Positions 51,353-60,079 of a stretch of 64,000 nt of DNA are shown piece by piece. A program made the translations under genes and the position numbers. Numbering within the stretch: the stretch's first letter is position 1; every line of letters starts with the position of its first letter. The stretch comes from an uncultured bacterium. Lineage in GTDB: Bacteria; Hydrogenedentota; Hydrogenedentia; Hydrogenedentales; JAEUWI01. The notes under the pieces were generated by a model that was not told the origin of the DNA, did not search any database, and was given only the letters and a program-made list of their open reading frames with translations. Location of the stretch: contig CAXBPH010000003.1 in the NCBI GenBank assembly GCA_963977445.1, positions 1 through 64,000 on the forward strand, written 5' to 3'.

Positions 51353-52453
51353 GTGCGAGTCCTCTTCAATGCCATGCAGGCAGGCAACCAGAGCGGCACC
51401 GGGCGCTATGTGGAGGAACTCCTCCCTGCCCTCGCGGCCCTGGAGGATGCGCCCGAGTTCACGGTCGTCTGGCCGGAAGACGTGCCCCTGCCCGCAGGAA
51501 GCGACCGGCTGGAAATACGCCTCCAGCCCCGGGGACTGCGCCACCGTTTGGCCCTGGAGCGACGTCTTTACACGATGGCGGGGCAATTTGATGTCGTCCA
51601 CTACCCCGCGACCATCGGCCCCCTGTGGCGCAAACCCAACCTGGTCATCACGGTACACGATTGTATTTTTCTCCACCACCCCGAGTGGTTCCGCAGAGAA
51701 CGGGCTCTCTATTATCGATGGGCCGGAGCCTGGAGCATAGGGCGGGCCGCCCACCTTATTGCAGATTCAACGCATACCGCCCGGGATCTGGAGGCTTGGC
51801 TGTCCCCTCCCCCACCGAATATCACCACCATTCCCCTGGGCGTAAGCGAGTCCTTTCGGCCGCAGGGCGCGGATGCTGTGGAGCGCGTCCGGAAACGCTA
51901 TCAACTTCCTGAACGCTTCTTCCTCTACGTCGGCACCCTCGAACCCCGCAAAAATCTTGCCCGTATCGTCCGCGCCTGGGATCAGGTTGCCGCCACCCTG
52001 CCCGAAGACCTGGTTATCGCGGGGCGGATCGGTTGGAAAACCGGCGAACTGGAGGGAGCCATAGCCGCTGCGACGCACCAGGACCGCATCCACTGCCCCG
52101 GCTTCATTGAGTCCTCCGACCTGCCCGCGCTACTCTCCGCCGCCCACGCCTTCGTCTGGCCCAGCCTCTACGAAGGCTTCGGCCTGCCCGTGCTGGAGGC
52201 CATGGCCTGCGGCACCCCGGTCATCACCGCCAACACCACGAGCCTCCTGGAAATTGCAGACGGCGCGGCTCTCACTGTAGATCCTCGGGATGAAGGAGCC
52301 CTCGCCCGGGCGTTAACCCAAATCTCGACGGATGGGGACCTTCACCGCACACTCGGAACGGCGGGACGTAAACGGGCTGATGAATTCACCTGGCAGCGTT
52401 GTGCCCAGGAAACCCGGGCGGTCTATGCCACGGTGGCCAACGCCCGCATCTGA
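51353..52453 (+). CDS. GT4 family glycosyltransferase
   Basis: YVGTLEPRKN, PSLYEGFGLPVLEAMACGTPV. Confidence 0.92.
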   Translation: MRVLFNAMQAGNQSGTGRYVEELLPALAALEDAPEFTVVWPEDVPLPAGSDRLEIRLQPRGLRHRLALERRLYTMAGQFDVVHYPATIGPLWRKPNLVITVHDCIFLHHPEWFRRERALYYRWAGAWSIGRAAHLIADSTHTARDLEAWLSPPPPNITTIPLGVSESFRPQGADAVERVRKRYQLPERFFLYVGTLEPRKNLARIVRAWDQVAATLPEDLVIAGRIGWKTGELEGAIAAATHQDRIHCPGFIESSDLPALLSAAHAFVWPSLYEGFGLPVLEAMACGTPVITANTTSLLEIADGAALTVDPRDEGALARALTQISTDGDLHRTLGTAGRKRADEFTWQRCAQETRAVYATVANARI

Positions 52454-52560
52454 GCCCCACACGGGCCATCCGGAGCCCTTGGGCGGACCCCAAGTCGTCC
52501 TGCATGCCGCCAACGTGGGATATCTACAGAAGAAACGAATCCCGGCCTATCACAGATTTT

Positions 52561-52621
52561 TTGCCGCAAGAGAACGCAAAGAGCGCAAAGGATTCACTTC
52601 TTTGCGATCGCTTGCGGCCAA
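52561..52621. repeat. Inverted-repeat element of the ...gaacgcaaaga... type
   Basis: gccgcaagagaacgcaaaga pairs imperfectly with tctttgcgatcgcttgcggc; related motif near 15649-15676. Confidence 0.5.
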
Positions 52622-52687
52622 TACCATTGTCCCTGCGTTTATAATCGCCAAGGGTGTCGGCTTCAACGGTATTAGTCCATGAACCCC

Positions 52688-52738
52688 AAAAAAAAACGAC
52701 GCGCTTCGGAGGGCCAAGGCTCTCACAAAGCGCGTCGT
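52688..52738 (-). terminator. Intrinsic terminator after the repeat protein
   Basis: Stem acgacgcgctt/aagcgcgtcgt followed by a T9 tract on the minus strand. Confidence 0.8.
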
Positions 52739-52761
52739 AGAATTACGAACCGATATTGAAA

Positions 52762-53586
52762 TTAGACGGCGTCGGAAACGATTTTCTTTCCGGTAACCGG
52801 GCAAACTTTGGCTTCACCTTCGGAAGAAGCGGCTTTGGCCTTGTCACACTCAGACTTGGCTTTGTCGCAGGTCTTGGCTTCGCCTTCGGAAGAAGCAGCC
52901 TTGGCCTTGTCACACTCAGCTTTCGCTTTGTCACAAGTCTTGGCTTCACCTTCGGAAGAAGCAGCCTTGGCCTTGTCACAAGCGGACTTGGGGCATTCGC
53001 CTTCAGAGGAAGCAGCCTTCGCTTTGTCACAGGTCTTGGCTTCACCTTCAGAAGAAGCGGCTTTGGCCTTGTCACACTCAGACGTGGCTTTGTCACAGGT
53101 CTTGGCTTCGCCTTCGGAAGAAGCAGCCTTGGCCTTGTCACAGGTCTTGGCTTCACCTTCGGAAGAAGCGGCCTTCGCTTTATCGCACTGCTTCGCTTCA
53201 CCTTCGGAGGAAGCAGCCTTGGCTACCTTCGTCTTGCAGCAGCTGGACGCTTCACCTTCAGAGGAAGCCGCCAACGCCTTATCGAAGGTCGCCTGCCGGT
53301 CGGCGATCAGCTTGGCTTTCTTTTCGCATGGCTGAAAGGCATCTTCATTCGCTGCGGAAACCGTCTGCATGCCGAAGAAGGAGGCAACACTGTTCTTAGC
53401 ACTCGTGATGGCGCAGGAACCTGATGCTCCGTTGTTCGCAACAACGCCAGCAGTCGCCACGCCGGATACGACGACCATAGCAGCAACGAAGGATGCCCAT
53501 TTGCCTTTGTTACGTTTCGGTGCTTGAGCCGTTTCTTCGGTCACAAGCTCTTCCTGATGTTCTTCGTTCATTGAATATTGCTCCAC
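52762..53586 (-). CDS. Membrane-anchored Cys-rich tandem-repeat protein
   Basis: One hydrophobic helix; nine AASSEGE units, mostly CDKAKAASSEGEAKT; own terminator; DNA repeats vary mainly at synonymous positions of this frame. Confidence 0.75.
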   Translation of the reverse strand: MEQYSMNEEHQEELVTEETAQAPKRNKGKWASFVAAMVVVSGVATAGVVANNGASGSCAITSAKNSVASFFGMQTVSAANEDAFQPCEKKAKLIADRQATFDKALAASSEGEASSCCKTKVAKAASSEGEAKQCDKAKAASSEGEAKTCDKAKAASSEGEAKTCDKATSECDKAKAASSEGEAKTCDKAKAASSEGECPKSACDKAKAASSEGEAKTCDKAKAECDKAKAASSEGEAKTCDKAKSECDKAKAASSEGEAKVCPVTGKKIVSDAV

Positions 53587-54090
53587 AAGTGTTTAAATAA
53601 GTTACCCATGCAATCTACACGATAAACATAGATTCAAAATTGACCCGATTTCATGTCAAAACCTGGAATTATTCGTAGGGTTCAGCATAACAAAAACTCC
53701 GCCACTTCGCAATCCTGTCGAAGCGCGCATTTCCACGAACCCGAAAGAAATGAAAACAACCTAACCATCTCAATTTAAAGGCGTTACATAAAGTGTGTCT
53801 TTAACCCACAATCGCTGGAACGGCTACGTCGTCAGCTCACCAAGTTTCAATGCAGTGCAATTTGTCCGAAAAATCGCTGAAAACAGGTTGGTTGGCCGAG
53901 AACATTCATGAAATAACTGCCCCATAGGCCATGCCCCCACGAAGCCCCGACTCAACCGGTATTTTGCCGACTTCCGACGATGTTGCCGATGTTTTTGAGG
54001 AAGTGGTGGCGGAGTCTTGTGCGGGTGTCTTGGTGGCTTGGGTCGTTGTCGGTCATCGTCGGCTGCCTTTTAAGATTGCCGAAAAGGGGC

Positions 54091-54294
54091 CTACTCTGCG
54101 GGATGCGCAGCCGTGATCGCGACGGGCTCCGAGGCCTCGCGGCTCTTGCGCATGAGTTCCTGGTCGATCATGCCAAGTTCGGCGGCCAAACCGGCTGCGG
54201 CTACGGACAGGCAGGTTTCTTCCACTTCCGCCGCGTGGCGCATCCATTCGGGAAAAGGAAACGCATCACTTGTGCTATTCATATCCATGGTCAT
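54091..54294 (-). CDS. Small hypothetical protein
   Basis: ATGA overlap with the upstream GNAT-like gene and AAAGG RBS. Confidence 0.5.
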   Translation of the reverse strand: MTMDMNSTSDAFPFPEWMRHAAEVEETCLSVAAAGLAAELGMIDQELMRKSREASEPVAITAAHPAE

Positions 54295-54857
54295 AGGTGC
54301 CTTTCCAGAATTCTCTCTGCATTGTCGCGCGAAAGTTCAAAGTACGTCAAGTTTTCGAAATCCACGTCAGGGCCCAACGGTGTCATCCAACACGCCCCTC
54401 CGTAGAAGGGTACGGACTGCGGCAAGGCATGTAGGCCCACTCGACCTCCAAAGCCTTCGTCCCAGCTTTGCCGGACGGCGCGCTCGAACAGGTGGGGACC
54501 AATCAGGCCGTATTTTCGCGTTTGCCCGATACCTGGAATGGTCCAGTTCCAAGGGGCGACTTCCAGGAAGTCTATATATACCAGCGGCTTGCCATGATCT
54601 TCGCCGAGTTGGGAGAAATGTGTCCCAGACTTGGTCAGCATGGCACCCTGCCATTCGTCGTCACAGACCACGGCGAATCCAGATGCAGGAACCAGGCGCA
54701 GGTGCTGCGCCTTGGCCCGCCAGTTCCAGTTGAGGCTCTGGGGTCGCTCGGAATAGGGAAGACCCGCGCGGGCTATTTCGAGAAGGATGCGGGAGCGTTC
54801 TGGAGTCCACACCGATTCCAGTGTCAGCAGGTCTTCAGGCGCGACGAGGAGGGCCAA
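54291..54857 (-). CDS. GNAT-like acetyltransferase, possibly N-terminally clipped
   Basis: VYIDFLEVAPWN, GFGGRVGLHALPQSVPFY; TTG start without a clear RBS. Confidence 0.7.
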   Translation of the reverse strand: MALLVAPEDLLTLESVWTPERSRILLEIARAGLPYSERPQSLNWNWRAKAQHLRLVPASGFAVVCDDEWQGAMLTKSGTHFSQLGEDHGKPLVYIDFLEVAPWNWTIPGIGQTRKYGLIGPHLFERAVRQSWDEGFGGRVGLHALPQSVPFYGGACWMTPLGPDVDFENLTYFELSRDNAERILERHL

Positions 54858-54876
54858 GCTGTTCTGCCTTCACGGC

Positions 54877-55260
54877 CTACTCACCCGTTGCGATGGCACT
54901 GGCGAAAGCGATTCCGCTCGAATAGCTAATACTCACATGCCAATCTAAGATACCGAGCTCATCAGAAAACTTTGCCACGTCATGATTTAGCCTTACATAT
55001 GGAGCCCCGTTCTTCCCCCGAAGAATTTCTATTCCATGCCACGTTATTTTTCCAGAAAACCCAGTACCAAGAGCCTTTGCGATGGCCTCCTTTGCGGCGT
55101 ATCTACCTGCATAGTAACGATAGTGGGCTGGGGGAGGGTCGGCGGCTTCTCGCTCGTCTATTGAGCAAAAGCAATTGACCCAGCTATTCGTACCTGAGTC
55201 AATTTCATTTCTTATACGTTGAATTCTTTCAATATCGATTCCGTGACCAATGATTCGCAT
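54877..55260 (-). CDS. acpS: AcpS-type 4'-phosphopantetheinyl transferase
   Basis: GHGIDI, AGRYAAKEAIAKALGTG, GAP, HVSISY. Confidence 0.88.
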   Translation of the reverse strand: MRIIGHGIDIERIQRIRNEIDSGTNSWVNCFCSIDEREAADPPPAHYRYYAGRYAAKEAIAKALGTGFSGKITWHGIEILRGKNGAPYVRLNHDVAKFSDELGILDWHVSISYSSGIAFASAIATGE

Positions 55261-55268
55261 GCATCCCC

Positions 55269-57152
55269 CTATTTTATTTCTCGAACTACGATATCTCTCT
55301 TGTCAAGATCCAGGTCAACAGTTCCGCCTCCACGAGATTTCAACTCTCTCCAAACTTTGAAGCCCTGCAGGATAGCGCGTTCCCATTCTCCCGTTGTGCA
55401 TGCTGACACCTCAAGATGAAGGACGGTATTCTTTATCATTCGTAACAATTCACTACTGACCGACAATTTACCCTCTAGGAAGTTGTAGTCACGAGCGTAG
55501 GCAAAAATCATTGCCGATAGTGCCTCTTCCGTGACAATCGCCCTTGCACCATCTTCCACTTCGTCAACTTTCGGATCACTCTTTCGCTTCGCTGTGAACA
55601 TTTTCCTGACGAGTGGAGACCAACCTAGAACCGCAGCGAAAGACAAATGGATTACATCGTGGAGTCCGTAACCATCGTTCTCGTAAGCGTTGTCAGTCAA
55701 GTCATCACCAAACTGCTGACCCTTGTACATCACCCGTATTTTTGGGTTGTTGAATTCGTCATGGTATGTGCTGAAATCGAGTGAAAAACTACGTGGAAAT
55801 TGTTCATTTTCGGGATATCCTGCATCGAACGGAGTTCGCGAAGGTAACGTGCCCCACCGTTCATCACATTTCGCCAAGTTAAGCTCGGCGATCTCCTTCA
55901 GATCGAGATTAAACTTCGTGGCGACGTTTGCCACATACCACAGCAAGTCTCCGAGTTCCTCGCTTAAGCGGTCCTTAAACAATTTATGCGTGTCACCGTC
56001 CCGAAGATATTTCTTGTATTCACTCAACAATTCACCGGATTCGCTTGCGAGGCCCAACAGAGGAATCGTTAGCGAAGACTCGTCCACACCGGGATTTTGA
56101 TCTGTCCCGGCAACTTTCTCTTGGTATTTGCCCATATCCATGGCTCTTGTCTCCAGGTTCACCCCCGTACTCGATCGATTTTCTTCGTTTGAGCTGGTAC
56201 GGCTGATTAATTCGTTTATGCCCCACTTGGGTGGGTACCAATAGTCGATTGGTTCTAAAATAGGCTTCAGCTTCTGCTTTATGCGACTTCGCCCTGATTT
56301 TCCGACGAATTCTGGATGTACAACTCGCGCGTACTTGTCTACTTCACAAAACAGGTTTTGGCAATCAATCAATTGAAGCGGCCTTCCCCATAAGTCGGAA
56401 AAATCTATGCCCAGTCGATTAAATTCCTCATCCTGCCTCTCGGTCACCCACCGGATTATTTGTGCAGTATCCTTCTTTCCCGGGTTTAGAAAGCACTTCT
56501 GGATTCCATCGAGTGCTCCGGGGCCTGCGACCACAAAGTCCATTTCAGAGAAGTTAATGATGGTGCTGTAGTTCAAATCGGTAACATACTGATAGGCTAG
56601 AAAGTTGCCTATCCCAGGTGATGACCGCATTGATTCGAACGCCTCTTCCATGGACTCCGAATCAGCAATTCGTTTCGGTAGCTCCGAAGACATCATGTAT
56701 TCAAGTAACTTAAGATGGTTCTGGTGTTTGAATGTTAGCGAAAATTTTCGGACGGAGGGCATTATATAGGCTGCGGAATAGATCCGCTGGCCTCGCGTCA
56801 TCGCCTGACTTAAGACACGGTCATATGCCTTGTATGAGTAATCGGCGTATGTGAGATGGCCAAGCTCATTCTCAAGTAGTTTCCATGTATCGATGCGATT
56901 GAAAAGTTTGAATAGAATTATGCGAAAAAACACTTCAGCTGGATGAGTCGGGAGGTCTTCGTTGTATATTACGTTCCTAATGAGATATTGGCTCACTCTG
57001 TCAGAGGCTCTGTAGGCGTTCGTGAATTTGTGGTTTTGAAGCACAGCGTCATCCGTCCACGGAAGAGGGCGCTTACTTATTCGTCGAAAGAAGATTCTCT
57101 GTCGCTCGGCGGCGAATTTCCAATACGTATCGTATACAGGAGTAGTTTTCAT
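55269..57152 (-). CDS. Fusion of aGPT-Pplase1/5-hmdU-kinase-helical-like domain, MazG pyrophosphatase and MazG C-terminal domain
   Basis: FAAERQRIF, FTNAYRASDRVSQYLI, HhH-like PGIGNFLAYQY, DCQNLFCEVDKYARV; MazG ESGE...EELGDLLWY; C-term GDDLTDN, HDVIH, EVEDGARA. Confidence 0.75.
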   Translation of the reverse strand: MKTTPVYDTYWKFAAERQRIFFRRISKRPLPWTDDAVLQNHKFTNAYRASDRVSQYLIRNVIYNEDLPTHPAEVFFRIILFKLFNRIDTWKLLENELGHLTYADYSYKAYDRVLSQAMTRGQRIYSAAYIMPSVRKFSLTFKHQNHLKLLEYMMSSELPKRIADSESMEEAFESMRSSPGIGNFLAYQYVTDLNYSTIINFSEMDFVVAGPGALDGIQKCFLNPGKKDTAQIIRWVTERQDEEFNRLGIDFSDLWGRPLQLIDCQNLFCEVDKYARVVHPEFVGKSGRSRIKQKLKPILEPIDYWYPPKWGINELISRTSSNEENRSSTGVNLETRAMDMGKYQEKVAGTDQNPGVDESSLTIPLLGLASESGELLSEYKKYLRDGDTHKLFKDRLSEELGDLLWYVANVATKFNLDLKEIAELNLAKCDERWGTLPSRTPFDAGYPENEQFPRSFSLDFSTYHDEFNNPKIRVMYKGQQFGDDLTDNAYENDGYGLHDVIHLSFAAVLGWSPLVRKMFTAKRKSDPKVDEVEDGARAIVTEEALSAMIFAYARDYNFLEGKLSVSSELLRMIKNTVLHLEVSACTTGEWERAILQGFKVWRELKSRGGGTVDLDLDKRDIVVREIK

Positions 57153-57200
57153 ATTAACCGGCCGAAAGTATACGAGTACAGTGGAGTCATTTTTGTCTTT

Positions 57201-58025
57201 CTAAAAATCGTCATGAATAGGCTCGGAAACTGTGCTCGTCACAGATTTGCAAAGTATTTTGTTAGAGCGCGTGATCAAGTCACGTGCATTGCGTACCCCC
57301 CAAGGAAATTGTTTTGAATCCTTAATTCTGGCTGGGCCTTTATCAATTTCGGCATGTGTGGAGACACAGGTGAGCGAACCGACGGTTAGGCCAGCTCGCT
57401 CTGCCACAAACGCCTGAAGTTGCCCCAAACCGATTAGATTGCCAAGGCACCGAGATATGTACGTGTGGTTACGGTACATTGCTGTAAGCATCAAGCCCTT
57501 GTTTGGATGACATTTAAAGCTCAAAAAACTGAGGCATTGTCCCCCCCATCGACTACGCCCATCCTCCAAGGGATCGTAAACCGCTAGCTCATATGCCGAC
57601 TTGAACTTCTGACCACCATTCTCGCGTTCTTGTAGCTTACCGATCAGCTGTTCTAGTGGATTGTATGTCTTGCCGAGCCTAGTCTGATGCCTGGTCATTC
57701 GCTCAAAGTACCTACCCCAGCGCCGGGTCTTCGTCAGTCTATCGAACGCTTCATGGTATTTCTCGTAGAACACCGGAGCCCCGTGCTGATTGTAGAGTGA
57801 TTGGGGAAAAATCGTGTTACAGACCGTGGATATGGGGTAGCAATCGTACTTTCGTAGAAAATCGTCTACCTCTGAAATGATTTCATTGTCAGTTGAATCG
57901 AACGATACGGGATTTTCTACATCAACAATAACGTTGTATCCCTCATCATTGTGCTTCATGATCTCCATTGCAGCCGCTACCCACGCTCGCGCACAACTCT
58001 TCTGTGTCGGGATGGCGATGTACAT
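57201..58025 (-). CDS. Divergent thymidylate synthase-fold protein
   Basis: GQCLSFLSF (catalytic Cys position); LTAMYRNH...LGNLIGL aligns with TS YQRS.D...PFN; VGSLTCVSTHA. Confidence 0.7.
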   Translation of the reverse strand: MYIAIPTQKSCARAWVAAAMEIMKHNDEGYNVIVDVENPVSFDSTDNEIISEVDDFLRKYDCYPISTVCNTIFPQSLYNQHGAPVFYEKYHEAFDRLTKTRRWGRYFERMTRHQTRLGKTYNPLEQLIGKLQERENGGQKFKSAYELAVYDPLEDGRSRWGGQCLSFLSFKCHPNKGLMLTAMYRNHTYISRCLGNLIGLGQLQAFVAERAGLTVGSLTCVSTHAEIDKGPARIKDSKQFPWGVRNARDLITRSNKILCKSVTSTVSEPIHDDF

Positions 58026-58037
58026 AGAAAGGTCTCC

Positions 58038-58685
58038 CTAATGCGTAATAAATGCGGAAAAGATTCGCGACCCGAGATAACGTTTGCTCAACCAGGCGTA
58101 GCCATGAAGGCCCCAGGATTCACCCCAACTGTTTCTGATAGCGATATACTTTTCGCTGTTTTTCGTAGCTGTTGCGACGGCAACAACAGCGTGTCGTCGA
58201 ACCGGGTCGATAGGCTCAGTTGAATCAACGATTCCAACGTTGTCCGGGGTATAGAACGCATCTGAGAACGACATCGCGAGGACGACGGGCTTGTCGGTTT
58301 GGATGCAGTCCCAAACGGCGTCAAATGTGGCGGTTAAGGCGCTAGTATGGCATTGGAAAAGTTGCCCTACGTTGTTGGGAGGCTTCCAGTGCGAAATTGG
58401 GCTTGGCAATGCCTTGAGGTAGGGCCAGGCGAGTTCGTTCGGTTGCCCGTCCCCAGTTAATGCAGAGCATACCCCCGGAATGGAAACACCCAAATCTGGA
58501 GAGCTTCTCTCCCACTTTATCGCGTAGTAGTATAGGTACTCACACGACAAGGGTTGCCAATTCCTCTCCAGTGCGGCGGAATGTGCGTCGCTCGTGGCGA
58601 ACGCCAGGCATGTCGGGCGCGCTCCTTGATCGCGAGCGCTGCCAAAATATGGTCGTAGGTCGTGACGGATAATCATCGAACTCAT
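58038..58685 (-). CDS. Papain-like (C1) cysteine peptidase, cytoplasmic
   Basis: RDQGARPTCLAFA (Gln, Cys), HAVVAV (His), IRNSWGESWGLHGY (Asn); no signal or prodomain. Confidence 0.88.
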   Translation of the reverse strand: MSSMIIRHDLRPYFGSARDQGARPTCLAFATSDAHSAALERNWQPLSCEYLYYYAIKWERSSPDLGVSIPGVCSALTGDGQPNELAWPYLKALPSPISHWKPPNNVGQLFQCHTSALTATFDAVWDCIQTDKPVVLAMSFSDAFYTPDNVGIVDSTEPIDPVRRHAVVAVATATKNSEKYIAIRNSWGESWGLHGYAWLSKRYLGSRIFSAFITH

Positions 58686-59695
58686 GGGCGACTCAACATT
58701 GCTTGGCGTTGAGCTGGCAGGAGGCCGGTTTGTAGTGGTCCTGTCAAGTTTACATCAAATTCGAGCGACTGTAGAGATTCATCATCTGAGAGCCATGGTC
58801 GCTGTTCACGAAGATTCACGTGACCGAGTGCCGACTGCTCCGGTTCAGCCACGATCTTACGTTCGACAATACTACCGATTGCATTTTCAGTCGAGCGGGC
58901 CTCTCGGATGTCCTCAACTATTTTGAGGCCGACTTTGGAGAGACTGTCAAACGACCACATGTACCCTGATGAAGCGTGTTCGATCAGCTCGAGAATCACG
59001 ATGTCGTGCGCGCTTCCTTCAATTAGGAGCCTTTGATCGCCCATGCCAAGCACCCATATATCCGCATACCATGATTCTGGGGTGTGCTGTTTGGTGAGCT
59101 GCTGCTTGATAGATTTTGGTTGGGTTTTGAGCAGGGAGTCTCGTACTGATTTCGAAATCGCATTGTGCTTGAGGAGCGCATGACAAGTCGCCGCATAGCT
59201 TGACCCCATCCGTAAGGCCAATTGGTAGACTATTTTCGGAGACGTTAGGTCTGAGCTCGCCCACCCTTGTTGACCCATGTGGTGCGTGATTAGCCATTTC
59301 GGTGTAAGCAGTTCGGAGGCAAACGCATTTGCCTGCAGTTCTATGAGATCAAGAGCTGCCCCGCTCTCAAACGGAGTTCGGTTTAGCCTGGATTCGTCAT
59401 CTAGACTAGACGAGTGCCCCATGACCGCGTGACCCAATTCGTGTGCTGCCGTGAAGCGCTGTACGGAAAGGGGGCGTTGTGTGGTCAACAGAACTCCAGA
59501 TCCATTTTCTTCCAAATAGCATCCGAGCAGCCCCTTCATCGGTTGGAACATGACAGGTATGTCGAGAGCTGCGAGAAGTCCAAACACATCGATGCGTCCC
59601 ACCCCACTCTTTACCTTTTTTTTGACACCATGGCTAGCATGTAATCGGTTAGCAGCAAGAGCCGCCTCGAGTATAGCCTTACGAACGTCTGGCAT
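58682..59695 (-). CDS. ImmA/IrrE family zinc metallopeptidase with C-terminal chagasin (I42)-like domain
   Basis: RFTAAHELGH, ELQANAFASELLTP; C-term LELIEHASSGYMW...IGS...QRPW. Confidence 0.8.
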   Translation of the reverse strand: MPDVRKAILEAALAANRLHASHGVKKKVKSGVGRIDVFGLLAALDIPVMFQPMKGLLGCYLEENGSGVLLTTQRPLSVQRFTAAHELGHAVMGHSSSLDDESRLNRTPFESGAALDLIELQANAFASELLTPKWLITHHMGQQGWASSDLTSPKIVYQLALRMGSSYAATCHALLKHNAISKSVRDSLLKTQPKSIKQQLTKQHTPESWYADIWVLGMGDQRLLIEGSAHDIVILELIEHASSGYMWSFDSLSKVGLKIVEDIREARSTENAIGSIVERKIVAEPEQSALGHVNLREQRPWLSDDESLQSLEFDVNLTGPLQTGLLPAQRQAMLSRP

Positions 59696-59698
59696 AGG

Positions 59699-60079
59699 TC
59701 AGCCCCCTTTTTGCGCTTTCCTCGATTTCAAGAATTCTGCGAATCTGGCGAGTTCGCTGCGATCTTCCGGGGCCAATTCAGATACCTGCCGTGCCAGATG
59801 AGCGACTTCCTTGTCAACTGGATGCGTGTCAGCGGTTTCACCGGTAAAAAAGTTCAGAGACCTCCCGTAGAGTTCGGCTAATTTCTTGAGTTCAAACACT
59901 TCAACTTTCCTCAGCCCTGCTTCCATCAAAGATAGCGCGGAACGAGAAGTACCTACTTTCGTGGCTATTTCGTTCTGGGAGAATCCAACATACTCTCGGG
60001 CTTCACGTAGCCGGTCACCAAGTACCTTTCTATCGCTATCACCTTCAACTTTTTTATTGTTGGGAGCTCTACTACTCAT
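59699..60079 (-). CDS. XRE-family HTH transcriptional regulator
   Basis: LGDRLREAREYVGFSQNEIA...RSALSLMEAGLRK; ATG at 60079 overlaps the upstream stop (ATGA). Confidence 0.9.
   Translation of the reverse strand: MSSRAPNNKKVEGDSDRKVLGDRLREAREYVGFSQNEIATKVGTSRSALSLMEAGLRKVEVFELKKLAELYGRSLNFFTGETADTHPVDKEVAHLARQVSELAPEDRSELARFAEFLKSRKAQKGG

Noticed and set aside
52743..53424. Alternative repeat ORFs in other frames and a possible CRISPR array
   Set aside because: Repeats are contiguous without unique spacers, no cas genes, and variation is synonymous in the 52762-53586 frame
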